Shown piece after piece: positions 26,802 through 34,626 of a DNA stretch of 34,626 nt (position 1 is its first letter; every line of letters begins with the position of its first letter). The notes below the pieces were generated by a model. The model worked only from the letters and a program-made list of their open reading frames with translations, was not told the origin of the DNA and searched no databases. Source of the stretch: an uncultured Myxococcia bacterium. Lineage in GTDB: Bacteria > CAZTWC01. A program made the translations under genes and the position numbers. Location: contig CAZTWC010000009.1 of assembly GCA_964617105.1 (NCBI GenBank), positions 1 through 34,626 of the forward strand. Direction: 5' to 3'.

Positions 26802-28139
26802 ATGAACCGACGTGATTTTTTAGGCTATAGCGGGATTGGGCTCCTGACCCTCACCAACCTGGCACTGTGCGGCAAGATCATCTACCGCAACATCTATTTG
26901 TCAGAGAAAAGATTGGGGCCAAAGATGGCTGGAAGAGTCAAGGAAACTCTTAGCCAGGAGCAAACACCGCAGGAATCACCCATTTACCTGCCTATGGACG
27001 AGATCTTTTCGGTGCGGGTTCAAAATGGGCGGGGAGATTTCCGTACTGTACGGGTGAATTTTAAGGAGATGGTGAGCCAGATGATCATCTCCGGGGTAGA
27101 TAAAAAAGATTCATCCAATATTTTAGAACCTCATCTGACCACTAAAAATGTTCTTAGAGAGTTCAAACCGGGTGGCATCATATACATGGGCACCGAGGAT
27201 GATATCCGCCAAAAATCCAGAAACGAAATCGGCAAATTAAGTGGATATTTTCAATCTCTCAGTAAAATACCCCTATTTATTGCGACCGACTGCGAAGGGG
27301 GATTAGTCAATCGACTAGACCATATTTACAAATTCCCATCAGCCGAATACTTTGGACGCAAGTATCTAAAAATCCGCGACAAAAAAGGGTACTTGCAAGA
27401 GGTACGAAACTGGTCCAGGACCTTTCATAAAGTTATGGGACGCTGCGGCATCAACATGAATTTGGGGCCTTGTCTGGATACGGTGGAAAGTTTTAATAAC
27501 GATTTGGGATGCATAGAAAAATTTAACCGCTCCTTTGGCACTGATCCTCAAGTGGTGGCGGAATTGGGTTGCAATTTTATCAAATCGGCTAAAAACGGCA
27601 AAAAAAAGCGCCCCTTTTACCTGGCCACTGTGGGTAAACACTTTGTGGGCGAAGGTATGTCCAGGCGGGAAGACAACCCCGCATTACGGGGTAATTCCCA
27701 CGAATGTATCGCCATTTTACCCGAAAAAAAACAGTTCCAGACCAATCTAATTCCCTTTCAATCGGCTATGTTAAATACTCAAATGGACTCCGTTATGATG
27801 GGGTATGTCAAAACCCCCTATGATCCTACTTGTCCGGCGGTTTTCTCTGGCAAAACCATCGAACTGTTAAGAAACCGCTATAATTTCAGAGGGATCATCA
27901 TGTCCGACGACCTGTTGATGTTAACCCGAGTCAACCAGGACGAGACCGCCCTGGGCGATTACGTGGTTAAGGCAGTAAACGCTGGTATCAACAGTTTTAT
28001 CACCATCTCACCCGGGTATATTCCTCAAATAGTCGCCTCCATCATGGATGGGGTAAAGAGGGGGCTTATTCCCCCCCGCCGGATAATAGAGAGTTTCAAT
28101 TATATAATAGAAGTAAAGAACAAAATAAGAATCGGGTAA
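26802..28139 (+). CDS. Tat-exported glycoside hydrolase family 3 (NagZ/beta-N-acetylhexosaminidase-like TIM barrel only)
   Basis: MNRRDFL twin-arginine signal. IPLFIATDCEGGLVNRL, GINMNLGPCLD, RSFGTDP, KHF, and GIIMSDDL (nucleophile Asp). Confidence 0.88.
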   Translation: MNRRDFLGYSGIGLLTLTNLALCGKIIYRNIYLSEKRLGPKMAGRVKETLSQEQTPQESPIYLPMDEIFSVRVQNGRGDFRTVRVNFKEMVSQMIISGVDKKDSSNILEPHLTTKNVLREFKPGGIIYMGTEDDIRQKSRNEIGKLSGYFQSLSKIPLFIATDCEGGLVNRLDHIYKFPSAEYFGRKYLKIRDKKGYLQEVRNWSRTFHKVMGRCGINMNLGPCLDTVESFNNDLGCIEKFNRSFGTDPQVVAELGCNFIKSAKNGKKKRPFYLATVGKHFVGEGMSRREDNPALRGNSHECIAILPEKKQFQTNLIPFQSAMLNTQMDSVMMGYVKTPYDPTCPAVFSGKTIELLRNRYNFRGIIMSDDLLMLTRVNQDETALGDYVVKAVNAGINSFITISPGYIPQIVASIMDGVKRGLIPPRRIIESFNYIIEVKNKIRIG

Positions 28140-28147
28140 ATCTCCAA

Positions 28148-30187
28148 CTAATCAATAGACACGATCAAAAACTCCTCATTACTCCCACTTCTAATCTTAA
28201 TGTCCGGTTTTTCCGAAGGGATATAATTTAACAACTCCTCTATGGAGATGTCTTTCATCTTGGACTCGATAATGGGCAGCAAAATGGAGGTCAAGTTGAC
28301 CACCCTTTTCTCGGTTTCACTTTCATGGGGCAGACGGCTGTCCTGACTGATAATTTCGGCAACTATCTTGGGATCAACCAGGCTAATATCCAGTTTGCTA
28401 TTCTTAATAACCAAATTGGCTTCAGTGTCCACAAAAAGAGACAGTTCAAAAATATCTTTCCCCTTTCCGGAGCCAATTTTTTCGGTGAATTTCAGGCCGA
28501 TCTCATTGGAGATCGCGCTGACATTCCGGTCATTTCCATGAATAGGCTTCACCACAGGAGGTAAAAGCGTGTTGACATCCAACAACAGAAAATTTTCAGG
28601 ATCGAACAGTTTGGGTATCTGTGGTTGAATCATTCCTAACATTTGCACCTTCAGGTCAAGCCCGCCTAACTGGGTGGTTTCCCCGTCTATCAAATAATTT
28701 AGCAGGCTCGCTTCCCAAAAAGCGGAAACCAGGGAGTTTATCCCATTGTCACTCATCGCCACCGTAATTCCGTCACCGCTAATTTGGGGTTTGGATTGAT
28801 TGGGTTTATACAGGTATCCCTTTCCTTTGAAAGGGCCTAATGCTGGATCCCGAAAAGCGGCCAGATCGCCCACCACATGGCATTGGTCAGGCATAAATTT
28901 CACATCCACCAGTTGGGTTTTTAAAGTAACCTCTTTGTCATCAATCTTTTGAACGTAAGAAATTTCAGCCGGTTTACCATTGTATTCCTTAACCATAGAT
29001 TGTATCTGTTCATCAATAATATTTTTGATCTCGTCTTCTAATTTTTGCCTGACTGTGCTTTTAACCAAATTTTCTACCCAGTTATAGATATCTTCGAAGT
29101 CGTAAGTAAAGGTCTCAAACTCTAATTTCACCGGATCGACCTGCAATTTTAGGATACGGGTCTTTTTTTCGATCTCTACATCAAAGGTGGTTTCAAACAA
29201 TACCCGGCCAATGTTTATCCAGCCTCTCCATTTTGTACTGCCAATCACCGGTACAACACCGTCAATTGTACAGTCAATATATAGATTTTCAATCTCTGCC
29301 TTAATTAAGCCATAACCGTTCATGGGCACAATAGACAAGTTTAGCGCATCGTAATTAACCTTGTGGATAGTAATTTTCAAATCAGAAGAGGCCTGAAAAG
29401 GACTCGCTTCAACTAGTTTTTTTTTGATATCCAATTTCTCAAACTCTTGCATAAGAATGTTTTCCAACATTTTTATCCCATTTTTACCCATGTGAACGAT
29501 AAGCCCCTCGGGAACATAGGCGGTTTGGGCCTGAAACCGGCCCGCAATGTTAGCCATGGTACAGACAGACAGGTTGCCGGCTTTATCAATGGCTTCAGCC
29601 TTAATGAGGGTTGAGCCATGCTTTAGAACCAGGTTGGTCTGAAAATTGCCGCTGGCATCAACCGACACTGGTAATCCATTGACCTTCACTGTGACAATCT
29701 TGGAATCCTGGTCTTTGGCATTTCCCTTTATTACTAAACTGGTAACCTTGTTCATATCTTGGAACGTAGCCCTTTGGGATAGATCCAGTTCAATATCAGG
29801 AGGCTCAATGTCATATATCAGGGATAAATCTTTCTGGTCTGAACCATTATTATTTTGAGCAGCGATCGTTATAGTCATAGATCCTGGCTGTTTAAAGGTA
29901 ACTTGTTGTTCAAAATTGCCATTGGCATCCAGTGACAGGGGATCATTATTAAAGGTGGCGCTTAAAGGTTGCTCACCGTCCACCTTCCCTTTAACCGTTA
30001 TCTCCTCCTGGTTAAAGGCATCTCCATCAGCAGGAGAGAGAATTGTAATTTTAGGGATTTTACCGCCCTGAACCGGGCCATTATCGACAGATTTATCTTC
30101 ACCGCCACAATTGGCCATCAATAAAAACAGGCCCGATAAAACCATGAATAATAACCGCTTATGGAAACCCAAGGAACACCTTTTCAT
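28148..30187 (-). CDS. Lipoprotein with two Ig-like domains and a C-terminal BPI/LBP (TULIP)-like region
   Basis: MANC lipobox-like site and RBS AGGAGG. Two Ig-like repeats (LDANGNFEQQV; VDASGNFQTNL…AIDKAGN). Segments VPEGLIVHMGKNGIKML and ITVAMSDNGINSLVSAFWEASLL resemble BPI/LBP N- and C-barrel starts. Confidence 0.65.
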   Translation of the reverse strand: MKRCSLGFHKRLLFMVLSGLFLLMANCGGEDKSVDNGPVQGGKIPKITILSPADGDAFNQEEITVKGKVDGEQPLSATFNNDPLSLDANGNFEQQVTFKQPGSMTITIAAQNNNGSDQKDLSLIYDIEPPDIELDLSQRATFQDMNKVTSLVIKGNAKDQDSKIVTVKVNGLPVSVDASGNFQTNLVLKHGSTLIKAEAIDKAGNLSVCTMANIAGRFQAQTAYVPEGLIVHMGKNGIKMLENILMQEFEKLDIKKKLVEASPFQASSDLKITIHKVNYDALNLSIVPMNGYGLIKAEIENLYIDCTIDGVVPVIGSTKWRGWINIGRVLFETTFDVEIEKKTRILKLQVDPVKLEFETFTYDFEDIYNWVENLVKSTVRQKLEDEIKNIIDEQIQSMVKEYNGKPAEISYVQKIDDKEVTLKTQLVDVKFMPDQCHVVGDLAAFRDPALGPFKGKGYLYKPNQSKPQISGDGITVAMSDNGINSLVSAFWEASLLNYLIDGETTQLGGLDLKVQMLGMIQPQIPKLFDPENFLLLDVNTLLPPVVKPIHGNDRNVSAISNEIGLKFTEKIGSGKGKDIFELSLFVDTEANLVIKNSKLDISLVDPKIVAEIISQDSRLPHESETEKRVVNLTSILLPIIESKMKDISIEELLNYIPSEKPDIKIRSGSNEEFLIVSID

Positions 30188-30302
30188 AACAAAACCTCCT
30201 AACTATTTTTCTTGCAAATTACCTGGTTCTTTACTAATATACCATAATTCTATAAGAAAATTAAATTTTTGCCTATCGGTCATTTGGCGGAGTAATAAAA
30301 TC

Positions 30303-31076
30303 ATGAAATCTTTGATCATGTATGAGCCTGGAGAGGTTATCTTAAAAGAGGAGAGTCTGGGAAAATCGGCTTTTATTATTAAAGAGGGCCAGGTTGAAGT
30401 TTTCAAAACCATAGAGTCTAAGGTGGTAGCGCTGGCAAAACTGGCAGTGGGGGAGATATTTGGCGAGATGTCACTGATTGACGACAGGCCGAGGTACGCC
30501 AGTATTCGGGCAGTAACCAAGACCATACTTCAGGAGATCACCAGAAAAGATTTTAACCATTTTCTGACCGATGACCCAGACCAGATAATACCTATCATAA
30601 AGATGCTCTTTGAACGACTGCGCAATATGAATGAAAGGTATCTTTTTTTAGAACAGTACGGCAAGAAAATAGATGAAAGTCCCAAAATCGAGGCGGCGAC
30701 TGAAAAGATAGTTACCTTAAAGGCGGTTAGCAAAAAGGCAGAGAAAGCCCTGGGCCGACGGGAGATAGGGATAGAAAAATTCCCGCTACTGGTTGGCAGA
30801 AAGACCAAGCATCACCAGAAAGATGCTTTATTGAAAAATGATCTCCGTCTGGTTGATGGCAAACCCTTTTTTATCTCTCGAAATCATTTTGCCTTTTTGA
30901 AATCTGACGAGAACTATTATATCCGGGACCGCGGCAGTTCTTTGGGAACCTTTCTCAACGATGTCCTCCTGGGCGGTGGGGCCATGGAAAACCGGGGGCA
31001 ATTGCAGCCAGGAGTTAATCAACTTCACCTGGGCGGTAAAAATTCCGGGTACCACTTCCAGGTGGTGGTGGAGTAA
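30303..31076 (+). CDS. Cyclic nucleotide-binding (cNMP) + FHA domain protein
   Basis: GEIFGEMSLIDDRPRYASIRA phosphate-binding cassette. FHA motifs VGR, ISRNH and DRGSSLGT. Start revised to ATG 30303 (GGAG at 30289-30292) to avoid overlap with the divergent gene. Confidence 0.9.
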   Translation: MKSLIMYEPGEVILKEESLGKSAFIIKEGQVEVFKTIESKVVALAKLAVGEIFGEMSLIDDRPRYASIRAVTKTILQEITRKDFNHFLTDDPDQIIPIIKMLFERLRNMNERYLFLEQYGKKIDESPKIEAATEKIVTLKAVSKKAEKALGRREIGIEKFPLLVGRKTKHHQKDALLKNDLRLVDGKPFFISRNHFAFLKSDENYYIRDRGSSLGTFLNDVLLGGGAMENRGQLQPGVNQLHLGGKNSGYHFQVVVE

Positions 31077-31386
31077 TCGGCTTTACTATTGGCGCCAAAG
31101 GCGGCAATAGTAATTGTGGTTGCACGCATAATTTATCACCAATTTTTGCCAATATTTTTTTTCCGATCCCCTTTACTTGCACCAAAGTTTCAATTTTTAT
31201 AATGGGCTGCTCTTTCCTAAGCCTGACAATGGACAGCGCTTTCTTTTTGCCGATTCCTGGCAGAGAGGTCAATTTTTTTATGGATGCCCGATTAATTGCT
31301 ATTTTTCCCTCACAAGGATTCGCCAAAACCATTTTTCCATGACTAATGAGCATGACCGATAACATCACCAAAACCAATCTTTGCAT
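31015..31386 (-). CDS. comEA: ComEA-family helix-hairpin-helix DNA-binding protein (exported)
   Basis: Signal peptide, INRAS…LTSLPGIGKKKALSIV…LVQVKGIGKK double HhH, and RBS AAAGGAG. The 3' tail overlaps the convergent cNMP-FHA gene by 62 bp. Confidence 0.88.
   Translation of the reverse strand: MQRLVLVMLSVMLISHGKMVLANPCEGKIAINRASIKKLTSLPGIGKKKALSIVRLRKEQPIIKIETLVQVKGIGKKILAKIGDKLCVQPQLLLPPLAPIVKPITPPPPGSGTRNFYRPGEVD
31083..31113. terminator. Hairpin between convergent cNMP-FHA and comEA (terminator-like)
   Basis: ttactattg-g-cgcc-aaa-ggcg-g-caatagtaa: 13 bp paired with one mismatch, 6 bp after the cNMP-FHA stop. No strong U-tract. Confidence 0.5.
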
Positions 31387-31464
31387 TACATCTCCTTTCT
31401 AAAAACATGGGTTACCTGGTTCCTGTCCGAAAATCCCCTTCTCGGACGAATTCTGTTTATTATA

Positions 31465-31481
31465 TGCTATATCTATGCCAG
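31465..31481 (-). promoter_or_regulatory. Putative sigma54 (-24/-12) promoter of comEA
   Basis: Minus strand reads CTGGCATAGATATAGCA, i.e. GG-N10-GC close to the consensus TGGCAC-N5-TTGC, about 80 bp upstream of the comEA ATG. Confidence 0.65.
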
Positions 31482-31617
31482 GAATTATCGAAAATGCTAA
31501 ACTATTTATGTTGTATTAGATAAAATACCATGTTACGTTAATTACCTTGCATTTCTATTGCGTTATCACTTGTTCTGTCCGGTGCCCGTGTCCGGACAGT
31601 TGGGCATGAAAAAATAG

Positions 31618-32325
31618 ATGAAAACCGATATTAAGTCTATCGCCGCTGTGTATCCAAAACTCTACAGGGCAATCTCCAGTTATAACCGGGATGAGTTACC
31701 TCCTATAATCCCCACCAAAAGTGGTTTTCCAACTCTGTTGGCCCAAGAGAGCAAAATCTATTTACACAGCCGGTACAATCCCCAAAAAGAGGCAAAAGAA
31801 ACCATCAAAAAAGTTCTGGATAAAACTACCAACAATAACCACTGGGCCCTGGTAGTCTTTGGTTGCGGCCTGGGATATATTCCTGAGTTGCTTAAAGATT
31901 CTGGAATTCGGCACCAGGCAATTGTTGAACCAGATTTGGGAGTTTTTATCCGGGCGCTGGAAATACACGATTTCACCGAAATACTGCTAAACCGGCATCA
32001 TCTTGTTCTGGTAGGCACCGACCTGGAGGAAGCCCGGGTCCTGTTGCAAGGATGGAAACTGAGAAATGCCATATTAGACGAACTCTTTTTTATAAAAAAT
32101 CCTCCCTGGTTACAATTATACCCCCTCTATTTGGCCCAAATTTATAATTTTATTTCAGATGGCGCCGAGATGACACCGCTGAGAGAAAATCTATACCTGG
32201 ATATGGCCCAAAAAGGGATCCCCAAAGCAGACCTGGAACCAGGTTGGCCAGACCTTAATGACCATCAAAAGGCTAAGAATGAGATGATAACCTATTTAAC
32301 TTATATGCGCCTCAAGGGGAGATAG
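31618..32325 (+). CDS. Protein resembling only the N-terminal domain of MAF (motility-associated factor)-type glycosyltransferases
   Basis: IYLHSRYNPQKEA, LVVFGCGLGY and IVEPD motifs typical of the MAF N-terminal Rossmann-like part. No downstream MAF_flag10 core (GxGPSL) is seen. Confidence 0.6.
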   Translation: MKTDIKSIAAVYPKLYRAISSYNRDELPPIIPTKSGFPTLLAQESKIYLHSRYNPQKEAKETIKKVLDKTTNNNHWALVVFGCGLGYIPELLKDSGIRHQAIVEPDLGVFIRALEIHDFTEILLNRHHLVLVGTDLEEARVLLQGWKLRNAILDELFFIKNPPWLQLYPLYLAQIYNFISDGAEMTPLRENLYLDMAQKGIPKADLEPGWPDLNDHQKAKNEMITYLTYMRLKGR

Positions 32326-32328
32326 AGT

Positions 32329-33951
32329 TTGTCTGATCAAACAAAAGCCCTAAACTTTTGCATTATTCGTCAGCACCGGCTGGGTGATGTTTTACAGAGC
32401 CTTCCTCTGGCGCAGTCTATCAAACAAACCTGGCCCCAAAGTCAACTCACTTATGTAACTTCACCTGGTTACCAATTTATTTGCCAAAAATATAGCCAGA
32501 TAGACCAACTCCTACTGATGAATTTACCTCCAGCGGATCAATTTTTTAATACCAAGCAACCTTTTTGCCGGGCTGTAACCCTGGGCCATATTGCCAACCT
32601 GGTAGATAAAATAAACACCCTGGAAAATTGCCGGCTGGTAAATTTGCACAGTGAGGAATCTTTCTCAGTTTTGGCCGGATTGACCAAAACTGATTCAATC
32701 AATGGACGGGTCAAGATACGTGAATCTGATATTTATTTACAGAGCAAGTGGAGTTCTTATCTCTCCCTGTGCGTACTTTTCCGAAAACTGGCGTTGTTGA
32801 ACCTGGCCGATGGCTGGACCCATCTTGGGGGAGGTAAACTGAATTCACCGCCCACTTTAGATGTCAATAACGCCAATAAAATAGGCGAGCAATTGGGTCT
32901 GACCGGGACCGGAGATGATAAAAAATTAACTATCGCCTTTCAACCCGGATCCGCCGATCCCTTCAGACGTTGGCCGCCCGAATATTTTACTCGCCTGGGT
33001 AACCTGCTGGCCCAACAGTTTTCCGCCCGCATCGTTACCATTGGATCGCCAGACGAAAAAGAGTTATGTAACCAGATATTGTCCGACATGGATGGAGAGG
33101 TTATTAATGCTGCTGGCTATGGATTTGAAGATACTTTATCTATTTTAAAACATTGTTCCCTGCTAATCACCAATGATACCGGCCCCATGCACCTGGCAGC
33201 CATGCACGGAATCAAAGTGGTGGCTCTGTTTTTCGGACCCAGCACCCCTTTGGAAACCGGTGCATACGCTCAAAACGTGCTCTCCATGCTGCCTCAACTG
33301 GATTGCATCCCCTGTAATTGTCCTGAAGAGTGCACCCATTTTGACTGCCGAAACCTGTTGACCCCAGAAAAGGTTAGTCAGGTGGTAAAGTGGGCCATCC
33401 ACTATGGGCATCAATTGGAATCTATACTAGCTCCGGAAGGTTACGCTGTATTGCCTGAGCCCTTTGGGTGCCAAGAGCAAGTAAGAGTCTACGCCTCCTG
33501 GTTCAACCAGGATATGGGCATTATGGAACAGATCCCCCTGGTAAGATGCTCAGCCACCGAAAAGGAGTTGCAGGAACAGTTAATAAAATGGACCATCTAC
33601 CGGTTCTGGTGGAATATTCCCGATTTTACTGTAACCAAAAGTAGCCAAGAGGGAATAGACAAGGTATTGGAAATAGATCTAGTCCAAGAGGAAAACCTGT
33701 TGCTGGATTATCTGGGGCGACACTACCCCTATACTATGGATCAAGTGCTATTCAAAGCGGTTGATGGTTTGCTGAAAGAGTTGGAGTCAATGCCCAAAGA
33801 CGGTCATTTTGATTTTTTTAATGATTTGAAAAAGATCTTATGTATGACCAAAGCCGAGCAAAATGGTTATAAGATTGAACAAATCCTTTCTACTCTGATA
33901 ATTTATTTTAGAGGCTGCTTAAATCAGCTCGCCAAAAAGAAAATCCCGTAA
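32329..33951 (+). CDS. GT9 glycosyltransferase (heptosyltransferase-like) with C-terminal extension
   Basis: RLGDVLQSLP, FQPGS…RRWP, LITNDTGPMHLAA, ALFFGP and CIPC…C…C motifs. Confidence 0.92.
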   Translation: MSDQTKALNFCIIRQHRLGDVLQSLPLAQSIKQTWPQSQLTYVTSPGYQFICQKYSQIDQLLLMNLPPADQFFNTKQPFCRAVTLGHIANLVDKINTLENCRLVNLHSEESFSVLAGLTKTDSINGRVKIRESDIYLQSKWSSYLSLCVLFRKLALLNLADGWTHLGGGKLNSPPTLDVNNANKIGEQLGLTGTGDDKKLTIAFQPGSADPFRRWPPEYFTRLGNLLAQQFSARIVTIGSPDEKELCNQILSDMDGEVINAAGYGFEDTLSILKHCSLLITNDTGPMHLAAMHGIKVVALFFGPSTPLETGAYAQNVLSMLPQLDCIPCNCPEECTHFDCRNLLTPEKVSQVVKWAIHYGHQLESILAPEGYAVLPEPFGCQEQVRVYASWFNQDMGIMEQIPLVRCSATEKELQEQLIKWTIYRFWWNIPDFTVTKSSQEGIDKVLEIDLVQEENLLLDYLGRHYPYTMDQVLFKAVDGLLKELESMPKDGHFDFFNDLKKILCMTKAEQNGYKIEQILSTLIIYFRGCLNQLAKKKIP

Positions 33952-34117
33952 CATACTTGCCAACAAAGGCAAATAAAACCGCACAAATTAAGTTAGAAAA
34001 AATATTTTGGGTTTCAATTATTTCTGATTGTTGGTATATAGGGCTGATATCAAATAGTATTGGCCTCTTAATTCAGGTTACGGATTCTAGATATAATGTA
34101 ATATAAGGAGTGTTATT

Positions 34118-34626
34118 ATGAGAGTGCTTATTTCTGATAAAGCCGACAAGATCGCCCAGGAAATATTTAAACAACGGGGTATTGAAGTGGATGTAAACAC
34201 TGGCTTACAGGCCAATGAGTTGATCGGACTCATAGGCAACTACGATGGATTAGTGGTCCGCAGCGCCACCAAGGTTACCGCAGAGGTGATCCAGGCGGCC
34301 AGTAAGTTAAAGGTAGTAGGTCGGGCCGGCACCGGTGTTGACAACATTGACCTGGAAGCGGCCAGCAAAAAAGATATCGTGGTGATGAACACCCCGGGCG
34401 GCAATACAGTGACCACTGCTGAACACGCCATTGCGATGATGATGGCCCTGGCCAGGATGATTCCCCAGGCCAATATCTCCATGAAAGCGGGGAAATGGGA
34501 AAAGAAAAATTTTATGGGCACTGAACTCAGAGGACAAACTCTGGCCGTCCTGGGATTGGGCGCTATCGGCAAAGTGGTGGCAGACAGGGCTCTGGGCCTG
34601 AAAATGAATGTAATCGCTCATGATCC
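34118..34626 (+). CDS. serA: D-3-phosphoglycerate dehydrogenase (5' part; runs off the window)
   Basis: Absent from the ORF track because it has no stop in the window. Translation MRVLISD…YDGLVVRSATKVT…VGRAGTGVDNID…VMNTPGGNTVTTAEH…GLGAIG. RBS AAGGAG at 34105-34110. Confidence 0.96.
   Translation, partial: MRVLISDKADKIAQEIFKQRGIEVDVNTGLQANELIGLIGNYDGLVVRSATKVTAEVIQAASKLKVVGRAGTGVDNIDLEAASKKDIVVMNTPGGNTVTTAEHAIAMMMALARMIPQANISMKAGKWEKKNFMGTELRGQTLAVLGLGAIGKVVADRALGLKMNVIAHD

Noticed and set aside
30111-30302. ORF-track N-terminal extension of the cNMP-FHA protein
   Set aside because: It overlaps the divergent lipoprotein start and its RBS. ATG 30303 coincides with the domain start.
34240-34621. 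Minus-strand ORFs 34240..34572 and 34307..34621
   Set aside because: They are antisense to the clearly recognisable serA on the + strand.
1-34626. Prophage, integrative element or anti-phage defence island
   Set aside because: No integrase, transposase, phage structural, restriction-modification, toxin-antitoxin or known defence motifs were recognised, and housekeeping genes are interspersed throughout.

Overview
This is a gene-dense bacterial chromosomal window of moderate GC. Its gene repertoire (FHA-sigma54 activator, DUF6178-like gene beside mtnP, Cys/Asp-rich repeats) suggests a deltaproteobacterial or myxobacteria-related lineage, which is an inference. It has one 10-N scaffold gap (786-795) and no recognisable rRNA, tRNA, CRISPR array or transposase. 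Left to right: (1) a tightly packed + strand envelope cluster of a Cys/Asp-rich Ca2+-loop repeat protein (at least 11 repeats, truncated by the window), a lipoprotein 5'-nucleotidase, a lipoprotein with an ExeM/YhcR-type OB-fold but no nuclease domain, and an unassigned outer-membrane beta-barrel, followed by two NDP-sugar epimerases; (2) a 127-bp nested-palindrome element and a convergent ArnT/PMT-like glycosyltransferase; (3) a four-gene ATGA-coupled operon (beta-propeller lipoprotein, FHA-GAF-sigma54 activator, GT2-TPR, secreted AttH/lipocalin-like protein); (4) a long minus-strand run purD-purE-lptF-lptG-DUF6178-mtnP-MMPL; (5) a Tat-exported GH3 with an altered NagZ motif, an Ig-like plus BPI/LBP(TULIP)-like lipoprotein, a cNMP-FHA protein, comEA with a sigma54-type promoter, a MAF-N-terminal-like protein, a GT9 and the start of serA. 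The best candidate for an undescribed system is the repeat protein / 5'-nucleotidase / OB-fold lipoprotein / beta-barrel module, hypothesised to be a cell-surface nucleic acid or nucleotide capture, processing and import complex.
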